From positions 86,187 to 150,186 of the forward strand of contig JACREY010000017.1 in assembly GCA_016218085.1 (NCBI GenBank): a DNA stretch of 64,000 nucleotides, in the 5' to 3' direction. The translations under genes were made by a program, and so were the position numbers. The notes under the pieces are model-generated. The model worked only from the letters and a program-made list of their open reading frames with translations, made no database searches and was not told the DNA's origin. Source of the DNA: Ignavibacteriota bacterium (GTDB lineage Bacteria > Bacteroidota > Ignavibacteria > Tepidaquicellales > Tepidaquicellaceae). Below, one piece after another: positions 33,843-42,685 of this stretch; within the stretch, counting starts at the first letter, position 1, and every line of letters starts with the position of its first letter.

Positions 33843-35402
33843 ATGGATAATAAAAATAACATCCTCTGGGTTGATGATGAAATCGATATGCTTAAATCCA
33901 ATATCCTTTTCCTCAAGCAGAAGGGCTACACGGTAACTGAAGCCACGAACGGCGAAGACGCAATCGAGATAATAAAGAAGGAAGATTTCGACCTGGTATT
34001 TATGGATGAGATGATGCCGGGCAAGGGCGGGCTGCAGACTCTGATAGAAATCAAGGATATGAAGCCATCGCTGCCGGTAGTAATGGTAACGAAGAACGAG
34101 ACTGAAACGCTGATGGAGGAAGCAATCGGAAAGAAGATTACGGATTACCTGATAAAGCCGGTGAATCCGAACCAGGTTTTGCTTGTATGCAAAAAAATCC
34201 TGGAATCGAAGCGCCTAAAGGGCGACCAGGTATCGAGGGATTACATTCAGGAATTCAATTCGATTTCGATGTCGCTTATGGAAGAGCTGACCTGGGAGGA
34301 CTGGACGAACATACACATCAAGATGACCAACTGGGAAATAGAGCTGGACGAGCATCCGGAGCTGGGTTTGAAGCAAACCGTACGCGACCAGCGGCGGGAG
34401 TGCAACGTGGAGTTTTCGAAATTCGTGGAAAAGAATTACCTGAAATGGCTCGGCGATACGGAAGACAAGCCGGTTCTTTCGAATAAGATTCTGGAGAAAT
34501 TCATAGTACCCGATTTAGACAATTACAATTCGATATTTTTCTTCGTGATAGACTGCATGAGGCTTGACCAGTGGCTGATGATGGAGAAATATCTTTACAA
34601 TTCATTCAATATCTCGAAAGATTATTATTACTCGATATTGCCGACTGCGACACCATATTGCAGGAATGCGATTTTTGCGGGCTTGTTCCCTTCGGAGCTT
34701 GAGAAGCATTACCCGGATTTATGGAGAGGGGAAGACGATGAGAATTCGAAGAACAACTATGAAAAGGAATTCATGACAAAATTTTTTGAAAGAAAGAGAA
34801 TAAAGCTTAGAAACGACATACGATACACGAAAATTATGGATTCGGATTTCAGCAGAGGGATTGAGAACAAGATACAGTCGTTTGCAGGAAATCACGTAAA
34901 TGCGATAGTGATTAACTTCGTGGATATGATAGCACATTCGAGAAGCGACAACGCTATTTTAAAGGAAATTGCTCCCGATGAATCGGCATACAGGTCTTTG
35001 ACGGAATCGTGGTTCGAGCATTCGTCATTTTTCGGAATGCTGAGGCAGCTTGCGGGCAAGCCGAAAGTGAAGATAATAATTACAACCGACCACGGAAGTA
35101 TACGCTGTCTGCACGGTGTAAAGGCGCTTGGAGACAGGGAATCGTCGCCGAATTTAAGGTACAAATACGGCAGGAACGTGAAGGCGGATTCGCGGAATGC
35201 AATACACATAAGAAATCCGCACGACTACAAGCTTCCGATGAGGAACGGAATTGTGAATTACATTATCGCAAAAGAGGATTTTTATTTTGTATATCCGACT
35301 GATTATCACAAATACCTGAACCAGTACAACGACACATTCCAGCACGGCGGTATATCTCTCGATGAGATGATACTGCCGGTGGTAACGCTTGAATCGAAAT
35401 GA
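33843..35402 (+). CDS. PorX-like response regulator (CheY receiver + PglZ/alkaline-phosphatase-superfamily domain)
   Basis: Receiver motifs ILWVDDE, DLVFMDEMMPG and VVMVTK. The ~380-aa C-terminal domain has the TDHG motif typical of PglZ. The ~520-aa total matches T9SS regulator PorX. An alternative TTG start lies at 33834. Confidence 0.8.
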   Translation: MDNKNNILWVDDEIDMLKSNILFLKQKGYTVTEATNGEDAIEIIKKEDFDLVFMDEMMPGKGGLQTLIEIKDMKPSLPVVMVTKNETETLMEEAIGKKITDYLIKPVNPNQVLLVCKKILESKRLKGDQVSRDYIQEFNSISMSLMEELTWEDWTNIHIKMTNWEIELDEHPELGLKQTVRDQRRECNVEFSKFVEKNYLKWLGDTEDKPVLSNKILEKFIVPDLDNYNSIFFFVIDCMRLDQWLMMEKYLYNSFNISKDYYYSILPTATPYCRNAIFAGLFPSELEKHYPDLWRGEDDENSKNNYEKEFMTKFFERKRIKLRNDIRYTKIMDSDFSRGIENKIQSFAGNHVNAIVINFVDMIAHSRSDNAILKEIAPDESAYRSLTESWFEHSSFFGMLRQLAGKPKVKIIITTDHGSIRCLHGVKALGDRESSPNLRYKYGRNVKADSRNAIHIRNPHDYKLPMRNGIVNYIIAKEDFYFVYPTDYHKYLNQYNDTFQHGGISLDEMILPVVTLESK

Positions 35403-35456
35403 CAGGGATTTTTTTCTCCGATGTAACTTCGGTCTTAAATCGTTAATTTTGCAGTG

Positions 35457-35912
35457 ATGAAAACAAGTCCGGAAAATATAATTATATCAAAATCCGAGAA
35501 AGAGACCATAGCCGCGGGAAAAGAATATGCAGAAAGCATAAAGCCCGGCGAGGTAATCGGGCTTAAAGGAAATCTTGGTTCGGGCAAGACTCAGTTTGTG
35601 AAAGGAATAAGCAGTTATTATAATGTAAAGGACATAGTGAACAGCCCGACATTCCTGATAGTAAACCAGTATGAAGGCGCTGACCCGGCAACCGGGAAAA
35701 AAATTACCGTAAACCATTTTGATTTATACAGGCTGAAATTCAAGGAAGAGCTTGAAACAATTGGTTTCGAAGATTACATTAATGAAAAATCCATATGCCT
35801 GATAGAATGGAGCAGGCTGGCGGAAGAATTTCTCGGGATGGAATTCAGGGAGGTAAATTTCGATTTCGGTGAAAAAGAGACGGAAAGAATTATAAAATTC
35901 ACTAAAAAATAA
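35457..35912 (+). CDS. tsaE: tRNA t6A37 biosynthesis ATPase TsaE
   Basis: GNLGSGKTQFVKG P-loop, SPTF.IVNQY, HFDLYRL. Confidence 0.85.
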   Translation: MKTSPENIIISKSEKETIAAGKEYAESIKPGEVIGLKGNLGSGKTQFVKGISSYYNVKDIVNSPTFLIVNQYEGADPATGKKITVNHFDLYRLKFKEELETIGFEDYINEKSICLIEWSRLAEEFLGMEFREVNFDFGEKETERIIKFTKK

Positions 35913-35918
35913 GTAATT

Positions 35919-36569
35919 TTGAACATTTTACTATTAGAATCATCATCAAGAAGCATTGAGTTTGCCTTTAGCAAATCGGGAGAAATTGCTATATTAAAAA
36001 AATTGGATAGTGAAAGTAATGCAGATTCGTTAATTTACTTAATTAAACAGGAATTTGAATCTGCAGGGATGGATTTATCCTGTTTGGGAGCCGTAAGTAT
36101 TTCAAACGGACCCGGTTCTTTCACAGGTTTAAGAATCAGTTCTGCCATAGCAAAAGGGATTTGTTTTGCAACGGGCAGCAGGCTGATAGAAATACCCACC
36201 CTCGATATAATAGCAGGCAAGTACTGCGGGGGAGAAACGGATAAAATCCTGACGGCGCTGGTATTTTCTAATTCGAGGACAAACGAATTTTACGCCGCGG
36301 ATTATTCTTACAGTAAAAGCGAAGTTATTAGAATATCTGATTACTACATCAAAAAAGCTGAAGACTTTGATGCGGAAGGAAGAGTTTTTCTGATGAACGA
36401 GGATGTTGAAAAGCTAAAGCCATTTAACTTCGAGGTGATTAGCTTATCCGGAAAGTCAAATATTTATTCTCAGTTAGCATTAGCAACAAAATACATAAGT
36501 GAGAATAAGTATTCGGATTACAGGACATCCGAACCGTTTTACATGAAAAATTTTGTTCCGGCAAAATAG
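35919..36569 (+). CDS. tsaB: tRNA t6A37 biosynthesis protein TsaB
   Basis: ILLLESSS.., ISNGPGSFTGLRI. It follows tsaE. TTG start. Confidence 0.8.
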   Translation: MNILLLESSSRSIEFAFSKSGEIAILKKLDSESNADSLIYLIKQEFESAGMDLSCLGAVSISNGPGSFTGLRISSAIAKGICFATGSRLIEIPTLDIIAGKYCGGETDKILTALVFSNSRTNEFYAADYSYSKSEVIRISDYYIKKAEDFDAEGRVFLMNEDVEKLKPFNFEVISLSGKSNIYSQLALATKYISENKYSDYRTSEPFYMKNFVPAK

Positions 36570-36618
36570 TTCATTTATTAAATAACTTTTTAATGTCAAA
36601 TAAATTTAAATATTAATT

Positions 36619-37470
36619 ATGGCTTGGTTTAAACGTTCAAAAGAAAACATCTCAACAGACACAAGAAAAGACGTTCCTGACGGAATGTGGGTGAAATGCG
36701 ATGAATGTGGAGAGATGATTCACAAAAAGCAATGGGAAGCAAACATGTATGTATGCCCGAAATGCAATTATCATTTCAGAATCGGCAGCGAGGAATATTT
36801 CAGCATATTATTCGATGAAGGCACTTTCAAGGAAATGGACAAGAAAATACGTTCTGTTGACCCGTTGAAGTTTACTGATTCAAAGCCATATGACAAGAGA
36901 ATTGAAGAAACGATGAAAAAGACAAATCTGTACGATGCTATCAGAACAGGAACGGGAGAACTTCATAAAATTCCTGTTGTAATCTGCTGTATGGATTTCA
37001 AATTTATCGGCGGAAGCATGGGGAGCGTACTTGGAGAGAAAATAGCCAGAGCAATAGACAGGTGTCTGAAAACAGGAAGCCCATTTATGATAATCTCCGC
37101 AAGCGGCGGCGCAAGGATGATGGAAGGCGGAATATCGCTTATGCAGCTTGCAAAGACAAGCTCCAGGCTTGCGAAGCTTGCTGAAGAAAAAATCCCTTAC
37201 ATATCGGTAATCACGGACCCGACTACGGGCGGCGCAAGTGCTTCATACGCAATGCTCGGAGACCTCAACATTGCTGAACCAAATGCACTTATTGGATTTG
37301 CGGGACCCAGAGTCATCAAGCAGGCAACGGGAAAAGACCTGCCGAAAGGTTTTCAGCGTTCCGAATTCCTGCTGGAGCACGGATTCCTGGATTTAATCGT
37401 GGACAGGCGGGATATGAAAGACAGGCTCGGCATCATTTTGAAACATCTTCTTCATAAAACTAACGCTTAA
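36619..37470 (+). CDS. accD: Acetyl-CoA carboxylase carboxyltransferase beta subunit
   Basis: N-terminal zinc ribbon C-x2-C...C-x2-C (CDECGE..CPKCNYH) and FIGGSMGSV..., SGGARMMEG. Confidence 0.9.
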   Translation: MAWFKRSKENISTDTRKDVPDGMWVKCDECGEMIHKKQWEANMYVCPKCNYHFRIGSEEYFSILFDEGTFKEMDKKIRSVDPLKFTDSKPYDKRIEETMKKTNLYDAIRTGTGELHKIPVVICCMDFKFIGGSMGSVLGEKIARAIDRCLKTGSPFMIISASGGARMMEGGISLMQLAKTSSRLAKLAEEKIPYISVITDPTTGGASASYAMLGDLNIAEPNALIGFAGPRVIKQATGKDLPKGFQRSEFLLEHGFLDLIVDRRDMKDRLGIILKHLLHKTNA

Positions 37471-37493
37471 AATTTGCGATTCGGAGAAGACAA

Positions 37494-38354
37494 ATGAAGG
37501 TGATAAAAGAAATTTCCGCAATGCAGGATATTTCTAACTTCCTGAAAAGAACGGGCAGGAAAATCGGATTTATTCCGACTATGGGTTTCCTTCACGAAGG
37601 TCACTGCTCGCTAATGTTAAAAGCCCGGGACGAAGCTGACACGGTGATAACGAGCATTTTCGTTAATCCGGCACAGTTCGGACCGAGCGAGGATTTCAAT
37701 CAGTATCCGAGGGATTTTCTGAGAGATTATCACATTTGCAAAAGCTGCGGAGTGGATTATATTTTTTATCCCGAATCGAAGGACATATACCCGAACGATT
37801 TCCTTACTTATGTAGAAGTAAAAGAGATGTCAGAAAAACTCGAAGGCAAATTCAGACCCGGTCATTTTGCGGGAGTTGCCACGGTGGTATTGAAGCTTTT
37901 CAACATAACGAAGCCGGATTTAGCATATTTCGGGCAAAAGGACGCTCAGCAGGTTGCGATAATCAAGAAAATGACTGATAACCTGAACCTGGATATAAAG
38001 CTGAGGATTTGCGAGACAGTCCGCGAGGAAAACGGGCTTGCAAAAAGTTCCAGGAACACATATTTAACTAAGGAGCAGAAAGAGGAAGCTGCGGTTCTTA
38101 ATAAGGCATTAAATGAGGCAAAGAGGCTGATACTGGAAGAAGAGATGCATGATATAAAGGAATTAAAGAAGGAAGTGAAAAAGTATATTGAAACGAATTC
38201 CCCTAATTCTTCGTTACAATATATAGCAGTTACGGACTTCATAAACTTAGAGAAAATATCCGACCTTAAGGAGTATAAAGGCGATGTTTTAATTTCGCTT
38301 GCCGCATATTACGGCAAAACAAGACTGATTGACAACATAATATTTGAAAAATAA
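37494..38354 (+). CDS. panC: Pantoate--beta-alanine ligase
   Basis: GFIPTMGFLHEGH, SIFVNP.QFGP.EDF..YPR, FGQKDAQQ. Confidence 0.9.
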   Translation: MKVIKEISAMQDISNFLKRTGRKIGFIPTMGFLHEGHCSLMLKARDEADTVITSIFVNPAQFGPSEDFNQYPRDFLRDYHICKSCGVDYIFYPESKDIYPNDFLTYVEVKEMSEKLEGKFRPGHFAGVATVVLKLFNITKPDLAYFGQKDAQQVAIIKKMTDNLNLDIKLRICETVREENGLAKSSRNTYLTKEQKEEAAVLNKALNEAKRLILEEEMHDIKELKKEVKKYIETNSPNSSLQYIAVTDFINLEKISDLKEYKGDVLISLAAYYGKTRLIDNIIFEK

Positions 38355-38372
38355 CAAAGGAGATTTCCAATA

Positions 38373-38750
38373 ATGCGACGCGTGATGTGTAAATCAAAAA
38401 TACATCGTGCTACGGTAACAGAAGCAGAACTTCATTACGAAGGGAGCCTTACGCTCGATACAGCGCTGATGGAAGCGGCTGATATGCTGCCTTACGAAAG
38501 AGTTCAGGTAGTAAACGTAAACAACGGACAAAGACTTGAAACTTATTTAATACCCGGCAAAAGAAACAGCGGTATCGTATGTCTTAATGGTCCTGCCGCA
38601 AGACACGGTGCCGTAGGAGACCACGTAATAATAATAACTTACGGGGCTTTCGACGAAGAGGAGCTTAAAAAATTTAAGCCAAAGATAGTCTTTGTAGACA
38701 GAAAGAATAAAATTATAAAAGACCGTAAAAAACAAAGCATAAAATTGTAA
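38373..38750 (+). CDS. panD: Aspartate 1-decarboxylase
   Basis: M.KSKIHRATVTEA.L.YEGSLT (self-processing G-S site), ..NGAAAR...GD.VII. Confidence 0.9.
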   Translation: MRRVMCKSKIHRATVTEAELHYEGSLTLDTALMEAADMLPYERVQVVNVNNGQRLETYLIPGKRNSGIVCLNGPAARHGAVGDHVIIITYGAFDEEELKKFKPKIVFVDRKNKIIKDRKKQSIKL

Positions 38751-38783
38751 TCCTGCTATACAAAATCTATATATTTAACAATA

Positions 38784-39530
38784 GTGAACCTTGCAACGTT
38801 AATCATGGCTGCCGGAAAAGGCAAACGCATGAAAAATCCAGATAAGTCGAAAGTAATGTTCGAGCTTAAAGGAAAACCTTTAATTCAGTATGTAATAGAA
38901 TTATCCCTGAAAATACATTCGGACAGGATAATCCCTATTGTCGGGCATCAGAAGCAGAGCGTAATGGATTTTCTATCGGAAAAGTTTTCAGGAGAAATCT
39001 CAAAAATAAACTTTGCTCATCAGGATGAACAGCTTGGAACAGGGCACGCTGTAATGCAGGCATACGGGCTTCTGAAGGATTTTAAAGGCAATGTGCTTAT
39101 ATTATCCGGGGATGTTCCGCTGTTGAGATACGAAACTGTAGAAAAGTTTCTTGCTTTTCATTTTGAGAATAATTTTCAGGCAAGCCTGCTTTCCGCTATA
39201 TTCGATGACCCTTACGGTTATGGCAGAATAATCCGCGATGCAGAAGGAAATTTTATGGACATCAGGGAAGAAAAAGATTCTTCTGACGAAGAAAAGAAAA
39301 TTAAGGAAATAAATTCAGGAATATATATAATCGATAACACCCTGCTCTTCGAGGCGATCAAGACTCTTAAAACGGATAATGCTCAGGGAGAGTATTACCT
39401 GACGGATGTATTCAGGTATTTCAGGGAAAAGGGAATCAGAATCGGTGCAGTGCCCGTGGATAATAATATCGAAATCTGCGGTATCAATACAGTAGAACAG
39501 CTCGGCGAATTGGAGAAATTAAATTTTTAA
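38784..39530 (+). CDS. Sugar-1-phosphate nucleotidyltransferase equivalent to the GlmU N-terminal (uridyltransferase) domain only
   Basis: LIMAAGKGKRMK, Q.EQLGTGHAV, LILSGDVPLL, NSGIYI, EYYLTDV. The protein stops at 248 aa with no left-handed beta-helix acetyltransferase domain. GTG start. Confidence 0.75.
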   Translation: MNLATLIMAAGKGKRMKNPDKSKVMFELKGKPLIQYVIELSLKIHSDRIIPIVGHQKQSVMDFLSEKFSGEISKINFAHQDEQLGTGHAVMQAYGLLKDFKGNVLILSGDVPLLRYETVEKFLAFHFENNFQASLLSAIFDDPYGYGRIIRDAEGNFMDIREEKDSSDEEKKIKEINSGIYIIDNTLLFEAIKTLKTDNAQGEYYLTDVFRYFREKGIRIGAVPVDNNIEICGINTVEQLGELEKLNF

Positions 39531-39550
39531 TAACAATTTTAATAAAGATT

Positions 39551-39579
39551 TTTAAAGTTTTTTCTTTATAAACTTTAAA
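39551..39579. terminator. AT-rich hairpin downstream of the GlmU-N gene (weak terminator candidate)
   Basis: TTTAAAGTTT-(9 nt)-AAACTTTAAA. Confidence 0.3.
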
Positions 39580-39599
39580 AACTTTATGCGTCTTTTACA

Positions 39600-39613
39600 T
39601 CCGCCGTGGCGGA
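39600..39613. repeat. TCCGCCGTGGCGGA hairpin, reverse-complement twin of the 32166-32179 core
   Basis: A 14-nt palindrome 18 nt upstream of the ATG at 39631. The same sequence in opposite orientation sits inside the 32139-32217 element. Confidence 0.6.
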
Positions 39614-39630
39614 CAAACTTTATAAACTAA

Positions 39631-40998
39631 ATGTCAGATATAATAGCATCAGTATCGGGAGTACGCGGAATATTGGGTGATAACCTCACTCCAATTAACA
39701 TCATCAAATTCACTTCCGCATTCATTAAGTACTGCAAAAAAAATTCCAAATCGGACAAAATAGTAGTTGGAAACGACGGAAGATTGCACGGGCGGCTGAT
39801 AGCCGACATAGTGCTTTCCACAGTTTCGATGTCGGGATACAGGGCGGTGGATATTGGCGTGGTGCCGACTCCGACTGTTCAGATTGCAACCGAAGATTTG
39901 AAAGCCGCAGGCGGAATTGCTATTACCGCTTCGCACAATCCGCAAATCTGGAACGGTCTTAAATTCTTAAATCCCGACGGAACATTTCTCGACGGCAGTC
40001 AGATTAAAAAAGTAATCGAATTCGGAAAATCGGATGTATTCGATTATGCTGAAGTAAACGGAATCAAACCTGTTGTTTCGGATTACTCCTGGATACAGAA
40101 GCACATTGATAAAGTTTTAAAGCTTAAATCGGTTAACGTTAGCAAAATCAAGAAAAGAAAATTCAAAGTTGTGGTGGATGCAGTGAATTCATCGGGCTCC
40201 TATATCGTGCCCGTGCTGCTGCAGAAGCTCGGATGCAAAGTGATAGAGCTTTACTGCGACGGCTCCGGGGTTTTCCCTCATATGCCTGAACCGCTTCCGC
40301 ATAATCTCACACAGCTCTGCAATGCAGTGAAAAAGCATAAAGCGGATATAGGGATTTCCGTTGACCCGGACAGCGACCGCCTTGTTATCATTACAGAAAA
40401 AGGCGAGCCGTTCATTGAGGAAAATACAATCACAACGGTTGTAAGGAATATTCTGAAAAACTCGAAATCGAAAAATAAAAATGTATCCGTAAACCTTTCC
40501 ACGACGAGGGCTGTAGAAGACGTTGCAAAAGAGTTCGGAGGGAAAGTATTCAGAAGTCCAGTAGGTGAAATCAACGTAGTAAAAGAAATGAAGAAGAATA
40601 AATCCATTGCAGGCGGTGAAGGGAGCGGCGGAGTAATAATTCCGGAGCTACATTACGGGCGCGATGCGATGGCCGGAATAGCAATCGTACTTCAGGAATT
40701 TGCGGATTACAAAGGAAAAATCAGCGAATACAAAGATAATCTTCCCCAATATTATATAAGCAAAGCTAAATTCGGCGTAAAAGGGAATCCCGAAAAGATT
40801 CTGCAGAAAGTCATATCACACTTTAAGAGGCAGAACTGCAGGATAACCGCGTCAGACGGAGTCAAGCTTGACTTCCCGGAATACTGGGTTCACATGAGAA
40901 AGTCCAACACGGAACCCATAATACGGATAATCGTCGAAGCCCGGAATAAAGAGGAAGCAGAAAAAATTCAGAAGAAATTAACAGGTTTTTTGAAATAA
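39631..40998 (+). CDS. Phosphoglucosamine mutase / phosphohexomutase family
   Basis: Active-site GIAITASHNP, metal loop SVDPDSDR, sugar-binding loop GGEGSGG. Confidence 0.8.
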   Translation: MSDIIASVSGVRGILGDNLTPINIIKFTSAFIKYCKKNSKSDKIVVGNDGRLHGRLIADIVLSTVSMSGYRAVDIGVVPTPTVQIATEDLKAAGGIAITASHNPQIWNGLKFLNPDGTFLDGSQIKKVIEFGKSDVFDYAEVNGIKPVVSDYSWIQKHIDKVLKLKSVNVSKIKKRKFKVVVDAVNSSGSYIVPVLLQKLGCKVIELYCDGSGVFPHMPEPLPHNLTQLCNAVKKHKADIGISVDPDSDRLVIITEKGEPFIEENTITTVVRNILKNSKSKNKNVSVNLSTTRAVEDVAKEFGGKVFRSPVGEINVVKEMKKNKSIAGGEGSGGVIIPELHYGRDAMAGIAIVLQEFADYKGKISEYKDNLPQYYISKAKFGVKGNPEKILQKVISHFKRQNCRITASDGVKLDFPEYWVHMRKSNTEPIIRIIVEARNKEEAEKIQKKLTGFLK

Positions 40999-41088
40999 AA
41001 AATAAAGTAATAAATATTTTTAAAACATAAATTACAGAACGTAATAATCTGCAAGAAGTTGATTATTGTCTGTATAATATTTTGACCA

Positions 41089-41913
41089 ATGATAAAAAAA
41101 ATAATTAATAAAATATTATCTAAAAAAAACGATAATACGAAAATGATAAAAAAAGCAAAAGCGGAATCGCTGCCTGAAGAAGAGCAGAAGACCGCAAAGA
41201 AGCAGGTAAAGAAAAACAACAGGCCTGCGCCGAAGAAAAAAATTCACGTGCAAAAACCGAAACAGGAACCCGAGCTACAGGAAGAATTTGAAGACCTGAT
41301 AGAGCTTCAGCCCAATTTCGACGAAAGCAATACGAAGGTATGGAATGAAAAACACATCGACCAGCAGCATTTGCATACGAATTCATATGAAAGAAAAAAC
41401 TATGGACAGAACAGGCAGCATTTCCATAAAAAGAAAAACCAGGGCGGCGGATTTCAAAAAAGAAACAATGAAAGCTGGAACCAGCAAAAACCCCTTGTAT
41501 GGCGGGAAGGGAGCGATGACCCGGACAGAAGACAGCAGAACAGACCGTTCAACAAAAACAAACCCTTTATAAAGAACAAGCCGTTCAAAAAAGACAACAC
41601 GCAGGGACAGGATAACAATACATTCGGCAAGAACAAGACACAGGGACAGCATCAGGGTTTTAAAAAGAATGACACTCAGGGAAAAAGCTACGGCTTCGGC
41701 AAAGACAACCAGCAGGGAAAGGCACACAGCTACGGCAAAGACAACCAGCAGGGAAAGAGCCAAAGCTTCAGCAAAGACAACCAGCAGGGACAGAATAACA
41801 CATACGGAAAAAACAAATTTAACTTTAAAAAGAAAAAAGACAACCGCTCGTGGGAAGAGCGCAAGCCAAAATTCTGGAACGAAGGAAAATCGAATAAAAG
41901 GTATCTGGAGTAA
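41089..41913 (+). CDS. Highly basic Gln/Asn/Lys-rich low-complexity protein with 12-aa tandem repeats
   Basis: This is the longest ORF filling the gap between convergent neighbours. Repeats GKDNQQGK[AS].S[YF] are present, and the motif SW(N/E)..KP..W.EG occurs twice. Several alternative frames are also open because of the repeats. Confidence 0.5.
   Translation: MIKKIINKILSKKNDNTKMIKKAKAESLPEEEQKTAKKQVKKNNRPAPKKKIHVQKPKQEPELQEEFEDLIELQPNFDESNTKVWNEKHIDQQHLHTNSYERKNYGQNRQHFHKKKNQGGGFQKRNNESWNQQKPLVWREGSDDPDRRQQNRPFNKNKPFIKNKPFKKDNTQGQDNNTFGKNKTQGQHQGFKKNDTQGKSYGFGKDNQQGKAHSYGKDNQQGKSQSFSKDNQQGQNNTYGKNKFNFKKKKDNRSWEERKPKFWNEGKSNKRYLE
41626..41805 (+). repeat. Tandem 36-nt (12-codon) coding repeats: three near-identical copies plus two degenerate ones
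   Basis: GGCAAAGACAACCAGCAGGGAAA... recurs at 41698, 41734 and 41770. Degenerate copies start at 41626 and 41662. Confidence 0.75.
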
Positions 41914-41916
41914 TAC

Positions 41917-42327
41917 CTACTCCTTCTTCGGGAACTGTGACATATCCATCCAGCCGATTTCCCAGATATGTCCGTCAGGGTCGGAGAAAGCTCTGTCGTA
42001 CATAAATCCGTGGTCACGCGGTTCGCGCGCTTCGGTTGCATCCATTGCAAGAGCTTTTTTAACAAACTCATCCACTTCTCCCCTGCTCTTAAGCATTATT
42101 GCGAGCAGTACTTCGGTGGTTTTATGAGCATCGGATATTTCTTTTTTTATAAATGTTTTAAAGAAAGTTTCCTTCAGCAGCATAACGCAAGCGTGCTCGT
42201 TCAGAATCATGCAGGCGGCATTTTCATCCGTGAAGATCGGGTTATAGCTGAATCCGAGTTCGGAAAAGAATGCTTTAGTTTTATTAAGATCTTTTACGGG
42301 AAGGTTAATATAAATATCTGTTTTCAT
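41917..42327 (-). CDS. VOC-family (glyoxalase/bleomycin-resistance fold) protein
   Basis: INLPVKDL.K...FF..LGF ... F.DPDGHIWE. Confidence 0.8.
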   Translation of the reverse strand: MKTDIYINLPVKDLNKTKAFFSELGFSYNPIFTDENAACMILNEHACVMLLKETFFKTFIKKEISDAHKTTEVLLAIMLKSRGEVDEFVKKALAMDATEAREPRDHGFMYDRAFSDPDGHIWEIGWMDMSQFPKKE

Positions 42328-42403
42328 TGTAAGTCCTTTTTATAATTAAAACCTGAAATTATTCTAATAAATTCAAACAATAAGTGCGGCATATAAACTT
42401 GTA

Positions 42404-42496
42404 AACCGTTGAAACGGTTCAACATGTTTTTCTCTCATACCCACGGCTGAAGCCGTGGGCTACAAAAAGAAATCTTAAAACCCGCTTTGCGGGTTT
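42404..42496. repeat. Cluster of three short GC-rich hairpins (REP-like) in a divergent intergenic region
   Basis: AACCGTT-ga-AACGGTT (42404-42419), CCCACGGCT-ga-AGCCGTGGG (42440-42459), AAACCCGC-ttt-GCGGGTTT (42478-42496). Confidence 0.6.
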
Positions 42497-42685
42497 CCTG
42501 TTGACAGATAATCTTATATACATCAATACCTGCGTATATATTGGAGAATCAACTTATTTCCCTTGTATCAGTATATTGAAAATCCGCTTGGTGGAGCGTA
42601 TTAATACGGTAAACCGCTCTTCCTCTATTTTTCCACTTACACTTAAATATTATTTTCATATTTTACCTTCGAACAAAAGAAAAGA

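Noticed and set aside
34187-34486. 99-aa Gly/Arg-rich ORF in an alternative frame inside the PorX-like gene, possibly an overlapping gene
   Set aside because: The segment is simply more GC-rich than its surroundings. The main frame encodes a continuous PglZ-type domain, and the alternate product is low-complexity with no start context.
41626-41805. Regularly spaced 36-nt repeats, considered as a possible CRISPR-like array
   Set aside because: The units are directly tandem with no spacers, are in frame (12 codons) and lie inside a long ORF. There are no cas genes in the window.
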